Assembly: GCF_049243625.1 (NCBI RefSeq)
Contig: NZ_CP046975.1
Direction: 5' to 3' (one strand)
Length of the DNA stretch: 32,000 bases
DNA from: Corynebacterium amycolatum
GTDB taxonomy: Bacteria; Actinomycetota; Actinomycetes; Mycobacteriales; Mycobacteriaceae
In this document: one piece after another, positions 17,757 to 28,538 of the stretch
Numbering within the stretch: the first letter of the stretch is position 1
Layout of the letters: each line of letters begins with the position of its first letter
Position numbers and translations under genes: made by a program
Notes under the pieces: model-generated
Database searches by the model: none
The model's input: only the letters and a program-made list of their open reading frames with translations
Told to the model about the DNA's origin: nothing

Positions 17757-19862
17757 CTAGCTGTCCCGCGTCAGCCTAGTCAGTGCACCAGCAGCGACAT
17801 TGAGGTCAGTCGTCCGCCAGAAGTCAGGCATCGATGCGGCAATCCAGGATCCATAGCGCGCCGTCGCCAACCGTGAATCCAGTACCGCGACGACACCGCG
17901 GTCATCGACTTGACGTAGCAGACGACCAGAACCTTGCGCCATCAGTAGCGCTGCATGTGTCGCTGAAACCTCCATAAAACCGTTTCGGCCAGCGGCATTA
18001 GCCGCATCGGAGCGCGCGGACAGTAGCGGGTCGTCGGGTCGGGGGAACGGGATACGATCGATGATGACACACGATAGCGATGGGCCAGGAACATCGACGC
18101 CTTGCCACAGCGTCAGCGTGCCAAACAAACATGTCTGTGGATTAGCTGCGAAGCGATCAACCAGAGCGCCGATAGAGTCATCGCCTTGGCACAGGACGTC
18201 GTAAGGCAGGCGCTTGCGCATTTCCTCCGCCGCTGCCTCGGCGCCTCGGCGAGAAGAAAACAGCCCCAGCGTTCGCCCACCAGCGGCGCGGATGAGGCGT
18301 TCCATGATCGCGAACTGCTTTGGCGTGGCGCCGTCGCGTCCAGGACGAGGCAGGTCGCGTGCGACGTAGAGGATGCCAGATTTCTGCGGGTCAAAGGGCG
18401 TGCCGACGTCCAAGCCATCCCACCCGCCGGAGGGAAGCCCCCAGGCAGCGGCCATAGCATCGAACTTGCCGCCAAGAGCAAGTGTTGCTGAGGTCAAAAC
18501 GACGGTGGATTCGCCGAAGAGGCGTTCGCGAAGTAGTGCTGCGATGGACAGGGGAGCGACATAAACTGTCTTGTTCTCGCCAAGCCATACGACATCGTCG
18601 CTGCTGAACTCGAGAATCCGGACGACAGTATCGTGCATATTCTCCACGGCTGCGCGCACGGTCTGGCGCTCCGTGCTGTCAGAGTCGGAACCCGAACCCC
18701 CGGAGCCCGACCCGCCAGAGTTGCCTGAGCCAGAGGTGCCCAGCGTGGTTTGCAGTTGCCACAGGCTATCGCGGAGCGAAGCTAGTGCCGCTCCCAGCTC
18801 ACCGGGAATTTCTTCGAGTGCGCCGCTGTAGGCGTCGGCAAGCAATGCGACGGTCTCGCCGAGTAGATCCGTGGCATCGGTGACATCATCGACCTGCTCT
18901 GCGGCGCCGAATTTGCGGGCGCGCCGGGCCATCATGGTGATACCGGCAGGGGAGAGCTCGTCGGTGGCAACGGAGGTGATTCGGCCGTCGAGCTCGTGAG
19001 CCTCATCAATGACGACGCAGTCGTGCTGCGGCAAGATCATGGCGTCGGAGAGCGCATCGATGGCCAACAGGGCGTGGTTGGTGACAACGATGTCGACGTT
19101 GGAGGCCTCGCGGCGGGCTTGTTCGGCGAAACACTCCTCGCCGAAAGGGCAGGAAATGGCGCCGACGCATTCGCGGGCCGTGACGGAGACCTGCCGCCAG
19201 GCTTCGTTGGAGACGCCCTTGTCCAGGCTGTCGCGGTCGCCGGTGTCGGTGTCATTGGCCCACTCGCGTAGCCGCATGACCTCGGCAGCGGTTCGGCTGA
19301 GCTGCGCTTCGCTGAGTAGAGCAGTTGGGCCGCCCATACCGGTCGGCTCGGATTCATCACCGTCGATGACGGGATCTTTGATGACATTTCCGACCTTGGA
19401 CTTGCACAGGTAGTTTGAGCGGCCTTTGAGGATTGCGAAGGTTGGCGTGCGGGACAAGTGTGGCTCTAGCGAACTGACTAGCCGCGGCAAGTCGCGTTCG
19501 ACCAGCTGGCGTTGCAGCGCAATGGTCGCCGTGGAAACGATTACCGACTCGTCGGACTCCATTGCTTGCACAATGGCGGGCACCAGGTAGGCCAGTGACT
19601 TACCAGTACCGGTACCGGCTTGTACCGCTAGGTGTCGCTCGCGCGCAAAGGCGGAGGCCACCGACCGGGACATTTTGACCTGATTCGGGCGAGTTGTTCC
19701 GCCGAGTCCCTTCACTGCTGCATCGAGAAGAGCTTCGATGCTGTCCGAGTCATGGACGCTGGCTCTCGGCGAAGCTAGCTCGTCAGCATCGTCAACATCG
19801 TCAAAGTCCTCAAAGCCGTCCGATAGCTCTGCAAAATCTGCGTGCTCGGGAGTATCCGACAC
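17757..19862 (-). CDS. dinG: ATP-dependent DNA helicase, DinG/XPD (Rad3) family
   Basis: Walker A (AGTGTGKSLAYL) and DEAH box (VIDEAHEL) are present. A four-Cys Fe-S cluster pattern is also present (LCKSK ... ECVGAISCPFGEECF). Length is 701 aa. Confidence 0.85.
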   Translation of the reverse strand: MSDTPEHADFAELSDGFEDFDDVDDADELASPRASVHDSDSIEALLDAAVKGLGGTTRPNQVKMSRSVASAFARERHLAVQAGTGTGKSLAYLVPAIVQAMESDESVIVSTATIALQRQLVERDLPRLVSSLEPHLSRTPTFAILKGRSNYLCKSKVGNVIKDPVIDGDESEPTGMGGPTALLSEAQLSRTAAEVMRLREWANDTDTGDRDSLDKGVSNEAWRQVSVTARECVGAISCPFGEECFAEQARREASNVDIVVTNHALLAIDALSDAMILPQHDCVVIDEAHELDGRITSVATDELSPAGITMMARRARKFGAAEQVDDVTDATDLLGETVALLADAYSGALEEIPGELGAALASLRDSLWQLQTTLGTSGSGNSGGSGSGGSGSDSDSTERQTVRAAVENMHDTVVRILEFSSDDVVWLGENKTVYVAPLSIAALLRERLFGESTVVLTSATLALGGKFDAMAAAWGLPSGGWDGLDVGTPFDPQKSGILYVARDLPRPGRDGATPKQFAIMERLIRAAGGRTLGLFSSRRGAEAAAEEMRKRLPYDVLCQGDDSIGALVDRFAANPQTCLFGTLTLWQGVDVPGPSLSCVIIDRIPFPRPDDPLLSARSDAANAAGRNGFMEVSATHAALLMAQGSGRLLRQVDDRGVVAVLDSRLATARYGSWIAASMPDFWRTTDLNVAAGALTRLTRDS

Positions 19863-19876
19863 AGTTCCCCCGCCGC

Positions 19877-21187
19877 CTAAACGCCGTGAAAACGGACGGA
19901 CAGTACCGGCTCGTCACGGGAAAGTGCGAGCCCCTCCCACGGGAGGCTGACCAGCGCCTTAACCAAGTGATCGCGGGACTCTTCCAAGGTCGGTAGGCCA
20001 TCGACGACCTCGCCATCGCGCATCATCGGAATGGTTAGATCGCGGTAGTGCAGGTTGCCCACATCCGGGATTTCCGAGCCGAGCGGGAAAGCGATTTCCT
20101 CCACGGCGGTACCGGAACGGCGGCAGGTACGAATCGCCGCCTTCACGCCACCGTGGCTTCGCTTGTCCAACGAGCGCTTGGCGACGGGCACCCCATCAAC
20201 TTCGACCATCTTGTAGACCAGTCCCGCAGTCGGTGCGCCGGAGCCAGTGACTACAGAGGTGCCCACGCCGTAGACATCGACCGGCTCGGCCCTCAGCGCC
20301 GCAATGGCGAACTCGTCGAGGTCAGAGGACACTACGATGTTGGTGTTGTGTGCGCCCAGCGAGTCCAGCTGCTGACGCACCTGGCGAGCGAGAACTCCGA
20401 GGTCACCGGAGTCAATACGTACACCGCCGAGTTCCGGCCCCGCGACCTCAATGGCCGTATTGACGCCCTCGGTGATGTCGTAGGTATCCACCAACAAAGT
20501 GGTGTCGGTCCCCAGCGTGTCAATCTGAGCTTTGAAGGCTGCAGTCTCGTTTGTCGTGCCATCTGGGTTGGTGTGTAACAGAGTCCACGCGTGCGCAGCG
20601 GTACCGGAGGCTGGGATGTTGTACCGTGCCGCTGCCTCCAAGTTGGAGGTGGCGCTAAAACCTGCCAGGTAGGCGGCGCGGGCAGCGGTCACAGCTGCTT
20701 CTTCATGAGTACGACGCGAACCCATTTCAATAATCGGGCGCCCACCGGCAGCCGTGACCATTCGGGTCGCTGCCGAGGCAATGGCGGAGTCCGCATTGAG
20801 AATGGAGAGAATAACAGTCTCCAAAATGACACACTCGGCGAAAGTGCCCCGCACAGTCAAAATGGGCGAGGCGGGGAAGTAGAGCTCTCCTTCGCGGTAG
20901 CCGTCGACTTGGCCGCTGAAGGAATAGTTACGCAGGTAATCTAGCGTCCGGTCGTCGAGGAAGTCCAGCGAAGCCAGCTGTTCCTCGGTGAAGCGGAAGT
21001 TGCGGATAGCATCCAATACACGCGCTGTCCCAGCGACAACGCCATAGCGGCGCTCATTCGGCAGACGACGGCCAAACACCTCGAAGGCGACCTGGCGCTC
21101 GCCGGATCCGTCGGCAAGCGATGCCTGCAGCATCGTCAGTTCGTACTTATCGGTGAGAAGGGCGGTGGAGGAATGCTTATCAATCAC
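19877..21187 (-). CDS. pncB: nicotinate phosphoribosyltransferase
   Basis: STALLTDKYELTMLQASL is a typical NAPRTase N-terminus, and IIEMGSRRTHE and SGTAAHAW are present. I place the start at GTG 21187 (or TTG 21193). The tracked 703-aa ORF running up to 21988 is an artefactual 5' extension that lies antisense to clpS. Confidence 0.9.
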   Translation of the reverse strand: MIDKHSSTALLTDKYELTMLQASLADGSGERQVAFEVFGRRLPNERRYGVVAGTARVLDAIRNFRFTEEQLASLDFLDDRTLDYLRNYSFSGQVDGYREGELYFPASPILTVRGTFAECVILETVILSILNADSAIASAATRMVTAAGGRPIIEMGSRRTHEEAAVTAARAAYLAGFSATSNLEAAARYNIPASGTAAHAWTLLHTNPDGTTNETAAFKAQIDTLGTDTTLLVDTYDITEGVNTAIEVAGPELGGVRIDSGDLGVLARQVRQQLDSLGAHNTNIVVSSDLDEFAIAALRAEPVDVYGVGTSVVTGSGAPTAGLVYKMVEVDGVPVAKRSLDKRSHGGVKAAIRTCRRSGTAVEEIAFPLGSEIPDVGNLHYRDLTIPMMRDGEVVDGLPTLEESRDHLVKALVSLPWEGLALSRDEPVLSVRFHGV

Positions 21188-21262
21188 GGTCAATAGTCTA
21201 GTCGGCTGAAGCTGGCCGGGGCAGTCGGTTCCGGCGAGCGCGCGCCACTCCGTACTATCCTG

Positions 21263-21562
21263 GTGCCTATGAGCATGCCAGCAGCAACACCGATGCCCAC
21301 TATGGATGCCGATGTCGTGACGGAATCGAACCGACCCTGGCAGTGCATTGTGTGGGATGACCAGGTTAATTCGATGAGTTATGTCACCTACGTGTTCCAG
21401 ATGCTCTTCGGCATGGACCGAAAGAAGGCGCACGCGCTGATGATGACGGTTCACACGGAGGGTAAGGCAATCGTGTCTTCCGGTGAGCGTGACAAGGTAG
21501 AGGCCGATGTGAAGAAGCTCCACAAGGCGGGCTTGTGGGCAACAATGGAGCAGGCTGACTAA
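21263..21562 (+). CDS. clpS: ATP-dependent Clp protease adaptor ClpS
   Basis: The ClpS core is present: [46 protein letters not shown]. Length is about 99 aa. The start is GTG 21263 or ATG 21269. Confidence 0.9.
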   Translation: MPMSMPAATPMPTMDADVVTESNRPWQCIVWDDQVNSMSYVTYVFQMLFGMDRKKAHALMMTVHTEGKAIVSSGERDKVEADVKKLHKAGLWATMEQAD

Positions 21563-21592
21563 GCCGATATTCGACAGCGGGAGAGAATTTAC

Positions 21593-22144
21593 ATGCGTCC
21601 TTGGAAGCGCAAGCGATCCCTTCTCGGCGGTGGCATCAAGTACGTCACGGCTTTTGAAGGCACGGAGCGGGATTTGCTGCTGAATCTGGCTGCTACTGTG
21701 GCGGACTCGCTGATGGAGCGAGCCCGGTCGGCGCCGAAGGATGAGCTCGCGGAAATGACGGGAATGCCCGTCGGACACTCCGAGGCCCCAGCCGATCCTA
21801 AGCTTGCGCGACTGTTGCCGGACTTCACCAAGCCGGGTGAGGAGAGCGTGGAGGGGGAAAACGCCCTCATGCGCCAGCTGCATGAGTCGGAGATTGTAGA
21901 GAGCAAGCTCCATTCCCTGCGTGCGATTATCGACGCACTGGAGCCCGCCGAGTCGGGGCAGGTATCCATTTCGGAAAGCGATGCCCATGCCTGGGTTGCA
22001 GGAATCAATGACCTACGTATTTACCTGCACGTTTCCATGGAGAACCTCAATGGCTCCATCGAGCAGATTGAGCAGACCGACGCGATGTACCAGTGGCTGT
22101 CCTACAACCAAGAGTCACTGCTGGATCAGCTTATGAGTGAGTAA
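21593..22144 (+). CDS. DUF2017-like protein (conserved clpS-adjacent actinobacterial protein)
   Basis: The position immediately downstream of clpS matches the arrangement in other Actinobacteria. The acidic 183-aa sequence fits my recollection of DUF2017. The family assignment is from memory, not a search. Confidence 0.55.
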   Translation: MRPWKRKRSLLGGGIKYVTAFEGTERDLLLNLAATVADSLMERARSAPKDELAEMTGMPVGHSEAPADPKLARLLPDFTKPGEESVEGENALMRQLHESEIVESKLHSLRAIIDALEPAESGQVSISESDAHAWVAGINDLRIYLHVSMENLNGSIEQIEQTDAMYQWLSYNQESLLDQLMSE

Positions 22145-22228
22145 CGAATCCGAGCAAAACCCCGAAAGATGCAGTAATCAACTGAGGCTAACTGCCATGA
22201 ACTGTGGTGAAAGGTGCCGTAGGCGACA

Positions 22229-23332
22229 ATGAATTCTGAGATTTTCGCAATCAGCCCCACCGACATTCGACACCAAGCCAGCAGTGCTGCGTTGGGCACG
22301 AGCATCGACATTGGCGCAGGATGTCTCGACTCCATCGACGGCATCTCCATCGGCCATGCTGCTGAGGGGGATACCGGAGTCACCGTCATCGCCGCTCCAG
22401 GCGGTGCTGTCGGCGCTGTCGATGTCCGCGGTGGCGGTCCTGGCACTCGCGAGACCGACCTGCTCGCACCGGAGAATACCGTCGAACGCGCCCACGCTGT
22501 CGTTTTGGCTGGCGGCTCCGCATACGGCCTTGCAGCTGCCGACGGAGTTATGCGCGAACTGCGTGACCGCGGCATTGGCTTTGAGGTCACTCCAACTCGT
22601 CCAGATATCCTCGTGCCCATCGTTCCCGGTGCTGTCATCTTCGACTTGCTGTTAGGTGAGCCGACGCTGCCCACCGCTGAACTCGGGCGCGAAGCGTTGT
22701 CGCACGCGCTTGACGACGTCCCGGAGGACACTCCCTCCGGAACAGTAGGTGCCGGTGTTGGCGCTATGGCCGGGGCAATTAAGGGTGGTTTTGGACAAGC
22801 CCGTGTGACCTCCGCCGATGGTAAGTACTTTGTGGCTGCCGCAATGGTGGTTAACTCCTTTGGTGCAGTCATTGACCCGGAGGGACACCTTTACGGAATG
22901 CCGGCGGCTGCCGGTGCCAGCAAGGAGGCATTGGCCCAGTTGGACCAGATTTTCGTCGGTAGAACCAAGATTCTCGCAGATGCGGCTGGCGACGGGGAGT
23001 CGTCGGCAAGCACGCGAAACACGACGATTGGCACGTTGATAACCAATGCGCCGGTGACGACTGCGCAGTTGAAGCGGTTGGCGATGTGCGGTCATGATGG
23101 GCTGGCACGAGCGATTCGGCCGGCTCATGCACCGATGGACGGTGACACGCTGTTTGCGCTCAGCTCGGCCGAGGCAGCGGATAGCGAAAACGCTGAACCC
23201 GTGGGCTCGGATGTGGTGGCGCTGTTGGCTGCGATGGCGGCCGATGCGGTGCAGATGGCTATTGTCGATGCCGTGATGAGTGCAACGGGGCGCGCGGGAG
23301 TAGCCGCGCTGTCAGAGATGCTGGACAAGTAG
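22229..23332 (+). CDS. peptidase family S58 (DmpA / P1 aminopeptidase-like, Ntn hydrolase)
   Basis: GGGPGTRETDLL is present, as is the self-processing/nucleophile region RNTTIGTLITNA typical of S58. Confidence 0.8.
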   Translation: MNSEIFAISPTDIRHQASSAALGTSIDIGAGCLDSIDGISIGHAAEGDTGVTVIAAPGGAVGAVDVRGGGPGTRETDLLAPENTVERAHAVVLAGGSAYGLAAADGVMRELRDRGIGFEVTPTRPDILVPIVPGAVIFDLLLGEPTLPTAELGREALSHALDDVPEDTPSGTVGAGVGAMAGAIKGGFGQARVTSADGKYFVAAAMVVNSFGAVIDPEGHLYGMPAAAGASKEALAQLDQIFVGRTKILADAAGDGESSASTRNTTIGTLITNAPVTTAQLKRLAMCGHDGLARAIRPAHAPMDGDTLFALSSAEAADSENAEPVGSDVVALLAAMAADAVQMAIVDAVMSATGRAGVAALSEMLDK

Positions 23333-23348
23333 TGAGGGAAGTTCGCCA

Positions 23349-24023
23349 ATGAATCCGCAATGGAGCTCGGGACAACAGCAGAATTACCAGAACTATGCGC
23401 AGTACCCGATGCGCGGTCCCGTGCAGACGCGGCGGAATAATCAGATTGTTCCGCAGGATCGCGACGGCGGGCTCGGGGCGGCCATCAGTACGGCTATTGG
23501 GTACCTGGTACTTATATGGACGGTCTTTCTTGTCAACGATTTCATCTTTGGTGGGGCGCTGAACAACTTCGGTGTGCGCCCACGCGAAACCTCGACGCTG
23601 TGGGGAATTTTGACCGCACCGCTGCTGCACGCAGATTACGGGCACATTGTGGCGAACTCTCTGCCCGGGGCGTTGTTCGCCGGTTTGATTGCAATGTCGT
23701 CGAAGCGGCTATTTTGGCAGGTCACGCTCTTGATTACGGTCGTTGGTGGCGGTCTGACATGGCTGGTCGGCGGTGTAAATACCGTCCACATCGGTGCGTC
23801 CGGCCTGATTTACGGCTGGCTGGCGTTTTTGGTCGTACGCGGTTTCGTGAACCGTCGGGTGATGCAGATTATTTTGGGCGTGATTCTGGCATCGATGTAT
23901 TCGGGTCTTATCTGGGGAGTGCTGCCAACACAGATGGCTGTTAGTTGGCAGATGCACCTCTTCGGTGGGCTTGCGGGCATCTGGGCTGCGGTGATGTTTA
24001 AGCGCGGTCGCGCACGTGGCTAA
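23349..24023 (+). CDS. rhomboid family intramembrane serine protease
   Basis: Catalytic Ser motif HIGASGLIYG is present, and a His lies in MHLFGGLAG. The protein has six hydrophobic segments. Confidence 0.8.
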   Translation: MNPQWSSGQQQNYQNYAQYPMRGPVQTRRNNQIVPQDRDGGLGAAISTAIGYLVLIWTVFLVNDFIFGGALNNFGVRPRETSTLWGILTAPLLHADYGHIVANSLPGALFAGLIAMSSKRLFWQVTLLITVVGGGLTWLVGGVNTVHIGASGLIYGWLAFLVVRGFVNRRVMQIILGVILASMYSGLIWGVLPTQMAVSWQMHLFGGLAGIWAAVMFKRGRARG

Positions 24024-24115
24024 GAGCCCGAGGTAAGCGGCATCAGCTCCTGGCGGAAACGGCCTAGAATAGGAGCTTCGGTGTTTGACCAACGATATGA
24101 GGAGTCCAGATAGCG

Positions 24116-24982
24116 GTGGGAGCAGAAGCAGGAACTCAGGCAGTCAATCAGCTGACGGCGCAGGATAGCGGCTTCCCCGACCGAACAGCGCCGATTGGCA
24201 TCTTCGACTCCGGTGTCGGTGGGCTGACAGTGGCGCGTGCCATCATGGATCAGCTGCCGCACGAGTCGATTATGTACATCGGCGATACTGCCAACGGCCC
24301 TTACGGCCCGCTGCGCATCGCCGAGGTTCGTCAGCACGCTGAAGCGATTGCCGATGAACTGGTTGCACGCGGCTGCAAGATGATAGTCATTGCCTGCAAC
24401 ACTGCTTCGGCCGCATTTTTGCGTGATGCCCGCGAGCGCTACCCAGTCCCAGTAGTCGAGGTCATTCTGCCCGCCGTGCGCCGTGCGGTCTCGACCACCA
24501 GGAACGGAAAAGTCGGCGTAATCGGTACCGCCGCCACGATTCGCTCCCGTGCCTACCAAGATCTCTTTGATGCAGTGCCCGGCGTGGATGTCTCCGCGGT
24601 CGACTGCCCGCGATTCGTGGACTTTGTCGAGCGAGGAATTACCTCTGGTCGCCAGATTCTGGGACTTGCAGAGGGCTACCTCGCGCCATTGCAGGCCGAT
24701 GGTGTAGATACGCTCGTGCTGGGCTGCACCCACTATCCGCTGCTGTCTGGTGTGATTCAGCTGGCCATGGGGGAGGACGTCGCCCTAGTGTCCTCGGCGG
24801 AGGAGACGTCGAAGGACGTTCTGCGCATCCTCACAAAGACCGACATGCTCGCTGACCCGGAGAGTAATCCGACCCCTGTGCGCACATTTGAATCCACTGG
24901 AGATCCGCAAGTTTTTGCATCACTGGCAAAGCGCTTCCTCGGGCCCGGTATTAGCCAGGTCACTATGCATTCCCAAATGTGA
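24116..24982 (+). CDS. murI: glutamate racemase
   Basis: MurI motifs are present: [21 protein letters not shown] and LGCTHYPLL. Confidence 0.95.
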   Translation: MGAEAGTQAVNQLTAQDSGFPDRTAPIGIFDSGVGGLTVARAIMDQLPHESIMYIGDTANGPYGPLRIAEVRQHAEAIADELVARGCKMIVIACNTASAAFLRDARERYPVPVVEVILPAVRRAVSTTRNGKVGVIGTAATIRSRAYQDLFDAVPGVDVSAVDCPRFVDFVERGITSGRQILGLAEGYLAPLQADGVDTLVLGCTHYPLLSGVIQLAMGEDVALVSSAEETSKDVLRILTKTDMLADPESNPTPVRTFESTGDPQVFASLAKRFLGPGISQVTMHSQM

Positions 24983-25055
24983 CCTTTCTTATTAAATCCA
25001 GACACTCCATTGGTTTTTTGCTCGGTTTTGATCAATTACATGGCAAGCTTGAAGT

Positions 25056-25838
25056 ATGCGATTGAAGGTTCTGGGATGTACAGGCAGCATGGGTGGCCCA
25101 TCGGCGCCAGCATCTGGCTACCTCATTGAGCTGGATAACGGTCGAACCTTTGTCATTGATTTGGGTCCCGGTGTCCTCGCCGAATTGCAGAAGATCTCTG
25201 ATCCTGCAGCTTGTGATTTGTTACTAACTCATGTGCACCCAGACCACACTGCAGACATTCCAGGGCTGCTCGTCTGGCGTCGCTTCCACCCGACAGCCCC
25301 GGCGAGTTCCCGGAATCTCCTGGTTGGCCCCGGAGACATTCACGACCGGATAGGCACCATGTGCAAAGCACTGGGAAGTGAAGAAGATGCCAACCTGGAA
25401 GACACTTTTGACCAGGTTGTGAGTAGCCCCGGTGAACCACTGTTAGTCGGTGGGGGCGAAGCGGACGGAGGCGCCGTCGTCACGCCGTATAACATGGTCC
25501 ACCCGGTGCCAGCTGTTGGATACCGCATTGAAGCAGATGGTCTGACCATTGCATACACCGGAGATACTGCGTGGACCGATGAACTGGTGGAGCTGGCGCG
25601 GAATGCGGATATCTTCATCTGTGAAGCCACATGGTGCAGTAACGAAGAGGGCACACCGCCGGACATGCACCTGACGGGCTATGAGGCCGGAAAGGCAGCG
25701 ACGCTGGCGGGGGTCAAGAAGCTGGTGCTGACTCACATTCCGCCATACGCCGACGGTGAGGAAGCACTGGGTGCTGCGAAGAGTACCTTTACCGGTGACG
25801 TTGAATTGGCCTACCTGGGCATGGAGCTAGGCGGCTAG
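25056..25838 (+). CDS. MBL-fold metallo-hydrolase
   Basis: The HxHxDH motif is present ([10 protein letters not shown]). The gene occupies the conserved position between murI and rph, which in M. tuberculosis is held by Rv1339, reported there as an atypical cAMP phosphodiesterase (from memory). Confidence 0.8.
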   Translation: MRLKVLGCTGSMGGPSAPASGYLIELDNGRTFVIDLGPGVLAELQKISDPAACDLLLTHVHPDHTADIPGLLVWRRFHPTAPASSRNLLVGPGDIHDRIGTMCKALGSEEDANLEDTFDQVVSSPGEPLLVGGGEADGGAVVTPYNMVHPVPAVGYRIEADGLTIAYTGDTAWTDELVELARNADIFICEATWCSNEEGTPPDMHLTGYEAGKAATLAGVKKLVLTHIPPYADGEEALGAAKSTFTGDVELAYLGMELGG

Positions 25839-25906
25839 TCTCATCGATTATCGGGTTTCCGTACAGCTGTCGCACCGCTTTCGCGCCGGGCGGTAGGGTA
25901 GTTGGC

Positions 25907-26668
25907 ATGACTACAGCTAATTCCGATTTTCGCCGTGCCGATGGACGCGCGGTTGATGAAATGCGCAAGGTGACCATCACTCGTGGCTTCACCGACAATC
26001 CGGCAGGTTCTGTGCTGGTTACTTTCGGCAATACGCGTGTGATGTGCACCGCTTCCGTTGAGCAGTCGGTGCCGCGATTCAAGCGTGACTCCGGCGAGGG
26101 CTGGCTGACTGCTGAGTACTCCATGCTGCCGGCCTCTACCCACGAGCGCATGCCCCGCGAGTCGATGCGCGGCAAGGTCAAGGGTCGTACCCACGAGATT
26201 TCCCGTCTAATCGGTCGCTCGCTTCGCGCAGCTATCGACTTGAAGGAACTCGGTGAGAACACCATCAACATCGACTGTGATGTTCTGCAGGCGGATGGTG
26301 GTACTCGTACCGCCTCCATTACCGGTGCGTACGTTGCGCTGGCTGATGCCCTGACCTACCTGCATGCAGCGGGCGCAGTGCCGGGCACCCCGCTGAAGGC
26401 ACCAGTCGCAGCTGTTTCGGTCGGCATTATTGACGGCCGCGTCTGCCTGGACCTGCCTTACGAGGAGGACTCTCGCGCTGAGGTCGACCTCAACGTGGTG
26501 ATGACCGCAGAGGGCAAGTTCGTCGAAATCCAGGGCACTGGCGAGGAAGGCACCTTCGACCGAGGTCAGCTGAATGACATGCTCGACTCTGCGGAAAAGG
26601 GTCTTCGTGAGCTCATCGCCCTGCAGCAGGAAGTTCTGCGTGCGCCGTACCCGGGTGAGCTGCCGTGA
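25907..26668 (+). CDS. rph: ribonuclease PH
   Basis: RNase PH sequence is present: [19 protein letters not shown]...[18 protein letters not shown]...MLPASTHER. Confidence 0.95.
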   Translation: MTTANSDFRRADGRAVDEMRKVTITRGFTDNPAGSVLVTFGNTRVMCTASVEQSVPRFKRDSGEGWLTAEYSMLPASTHERMPRESMRGKVKGRTHEISRLIGRSLRAAIDLKELGENTINIDCDVLQADGGTRTASITGAYVALADALTYLHAAGAVPGTPLKAPVAAVSVGIIDGRVCLDLPYEEDSRAEVDLNVVMTAEGKFVEIQGTGEEGTFDRGQLNDMLDSAEKGLRELIALQQEVLRAPYPGELP

Positions 26669-27366
26669 AGCTCCTTGTCGCTACCCGAAATTCTAAAAAA
26701 CTAGTCGAGCTCGACCGCATCCTGCGTGCGGCGGGTATTGATTCGGTGGAGCTTCTTTCGCTTAGCGACGTCCCGGAGTACCCAGAGCGCCCTGAAACCG
26801 GTCGCACTTTTGCGGACAACGCCTACATCAAGGCTTTCGATGGTGCGACACACACCGGCTACGCGTGCTTGGCTGACGATTCGGGGCTCAGCGTAGATGA
26901 GCTAAACGGTATGCCGGGTGTGCTCTCGGCGCGCTGGTCCGGCACCCACGGAGACGATGTCGCTAACTACGAGCTGCTGCTCGCTCAGATGGGGGACTGC
27001 CCAGATGAGCGTCGTACGGCGTCCTTCCGTACCGCTTGCGCGTTGGTCGTCCCCGGTGTCAAGGAGGTGCCGTCCGCGCTAGCCGACGGCGGTTTCCCAG
27101 CCGTCCTCGATGAAGCCGGTAACCTGCTGCTGGTTGTAGAGGGCCGCTGGCCTGGCTCCATTCTGCGCGAGCCTGTTGGGGACAATGGGTTCGGCTATGA
27201 TCCGGTGTTCGCGCCCGCAGTTGGAGAGGGCAACGAAGCTGAGGCCACTTTGTCTGCGGCACAAATGAGCGCCGAAGACAAGGACGCTTTTAGTCACAGG
27301 GGGCGTGCACTGCGTGCCTTGACTCCGGCGCTGAAAATCCTGGCTGAGGCAGAGTCTGAGGGATAG
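26665..27366 (+). CDS. rdgB: non-canonical purine NTP (XTP/dITP) pyrophosphatase, RdgB/HAM1 family
   Basis: [29 protein letters not shown] and GFGYDPVF are present. The GTG start overlaps the rph stop (GTGA). Confidence 0.9.
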   Translation: MKLLVATRNSKKLVELDRILRAAGIDSVELLSLSDVPEYPERPETGRTFADNAYIKAFDGATHTGYACLADDSGLSVDELNGMPGVLSARWSGTHGDDVANYELLLAQMGDCPDERRTASFRTACALVVPGVKEVPSALADGGFPAVLDEAGNLLLVVEGRWPGSILREPVGDNGFGYDPVFAPAVGEGNEAEATLSAAQMSAEDKDAFSHRGRALRALTPALKILAEAESEG

Positions 27367-27412
27367 CCCTGGGGTGAGCCCACGGGCGAGCCCTCGGGCT
27401 GCCGAGAGCCCG

Positions 27413-27766
27413 CTACTTCAGCTGGAAAGCGGTCTCGACTTCCTCGCGGCGCTTCTTCTCGACGAAGAAGGAGAGGAACGGGACTACGCCACCGAGCGCG
27501 GTGATAATCCACTTTGCTGGTTCCCAGCGGGCCTTGGTACCCAGGTTTACGGTGGCAATGAGGAATGCCATGTAGCCGAAGCCGTGAATCTGGGCGGTGT
27601 AGAAGAACCACCGCGGCGCGTCGGCGGAGTTGTCGAGGATGAGGTACTTGTAAATCATCTCGGCACACAGCAAGAGCAGCATCACACCCGTGAAATAGGC
27701 GGTGACGGAGAAGTACGTCAGTGCCTTCCTTACGCGCTCTTGACGATCTGGATTGATGTTGGTCAC
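27413..27766 (-). CDS. DUF3817-like integral membrane protein
   Basis: The 117-aa protein has 3-4 hydrophobic segments. IHGFGYMAFL and GGVVPFLSFFVEKK are as I recall for DUF3817. It is convergent with rdgB. Confidence 0.6.
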   Translation of the reverse strand: MTNINPDRQERVRKALTYFSVTAYFTGVMLLLLCAEMIYKYLILDNSADAPRWFFYTAQIHGFGYMAFLIATVNLGTKARWEPAKWIITALGGVVPFLSFFVEKKRREEVETAFQLK

Positions 27767-27799
27767 TAAAAGTCCTTTTCTCGAATAAGCAGTTATCGC

Positions 27800-28195
27800 C
27801 TAGGCGTTGGTGCCAGAATCCGTCGATTGTGTCTCATCCACACGCTGCACCTTTCGCGAGCCATCTGGGTTGGTCGGCAGGAAGTCGTCTGGAATTTCCG
27901 TCATGACATCGTCTTTAGCCTCAAATGCGGCCTCGCTATTGCCGCTCAGGCGTTCGCGTTCGTACTCCATGTACTTGCGGTAGGCCCAAATAAAGAACAG
28001 GCCGAAAGCTGGCCACTGCAGTGCGTAGCCCAGGTTTTGGAATGAGCTGGTTGTGTTCCACCTGCTGAGCTGCCAGTAGGCGAGTGCAAGAGTGGCGCCG
28101 ACTGCAAGAGCCAAGAAGATTAGTTGCACCACGCGGGTACGAGTGGGAATCTTCGCTGGCTTGTCAGTGGTATTGGAATGCTGTGAAGTGGACAC
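27800..28195 (-). CDS. small membrane protein, two predicted TM helices, unknown function
   Basis: VVQLIFLALAVGATLALAYWQL and LGYALQWPAFGLFFIWAY are hydrophobic helices. The C-terminal tail is acidic. No family was recognised. Confidence 0.5.
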   Translation of the reverse strand: MSTSQHSNTTDKPAKIPTRTRVVQLIFLALAVGATLALAYWQLSRWNTTSSFQNLGYALQWPAFGLFFIWAYRKYMEYERERLSGNSEAAFEAKDDVMTEIPDDFLPTNPDGSRKVQRVDETQSTDSGTNA

Positions 28196-28418
28196 ATAAC
28201 CACCATAGCTAGTCCGTGACCTGCCAAGCTAGCGCGCTCGCTGGATAAGGCAGGGGATCCGGCATTACGAATTCTGCTAGGACATTAGGAAATCTGCGGC
28301 GAACCCGTTAAAGTGTGTACAGTCCAAATGAGCTGTGAAAGTTCGTTGTGCCTGTAGGTGGCTAATAAGTAGTCCATGCTTACGGGGACTGTACGTAACT
28401 GTCACGGATTCGCGACGG

Positions 28419-28500
<82 letters not shown>

Positions 28501-28507
28501 CACATAA

Positions 28508-28538
28508 ATACCCCGTGACTATGCAGGTCACGGGGTAT
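28508..28538. terminator. perfect 12-bp hairpin directly after tRNA-Leu (bidirectional terminator candidate)
   Basis: ATACCCCGTGAC - TATGCAG - GTCACGGGGTAT. The reconstructed integrase reading frame on the minus strand ends inside this hairpin (stop codon at 28528-28530). Confidence 0.6.

Noticed and set aside
21188-21988. Upstream 267 codons of the 703-aa ORF that contains pncB
   Set aside because: NAPRTase homology begins at ...STALLTDKYELTMLQ, just after the GTG at 21187. The extension runs antisense through clpS and the DUF2017-like gene and has no recognisable features.
22126-22872. 248-aa minus-strand ORF rich in Pro, Ala and Ser
   Set aside because: It is antisense to the S58 peptidase gene. 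Its composition is typical of the reverse frame of a GC-rich gene.
24020-24733. 237-aa minus-strand ORF
   Set aside because: It is antisense to murI, whose motifs are all present on the plus strand.
28317-28394. 9-bp inverted repeat GTACAGTCC ... GGACTGTAC flanking about 60 nt upstream of tRNA-Leu
   Set aside because: It could be part of the tRNA promoter or leader structure. A single 9-bp match in this context is not enough to call an RNA element or an att site.
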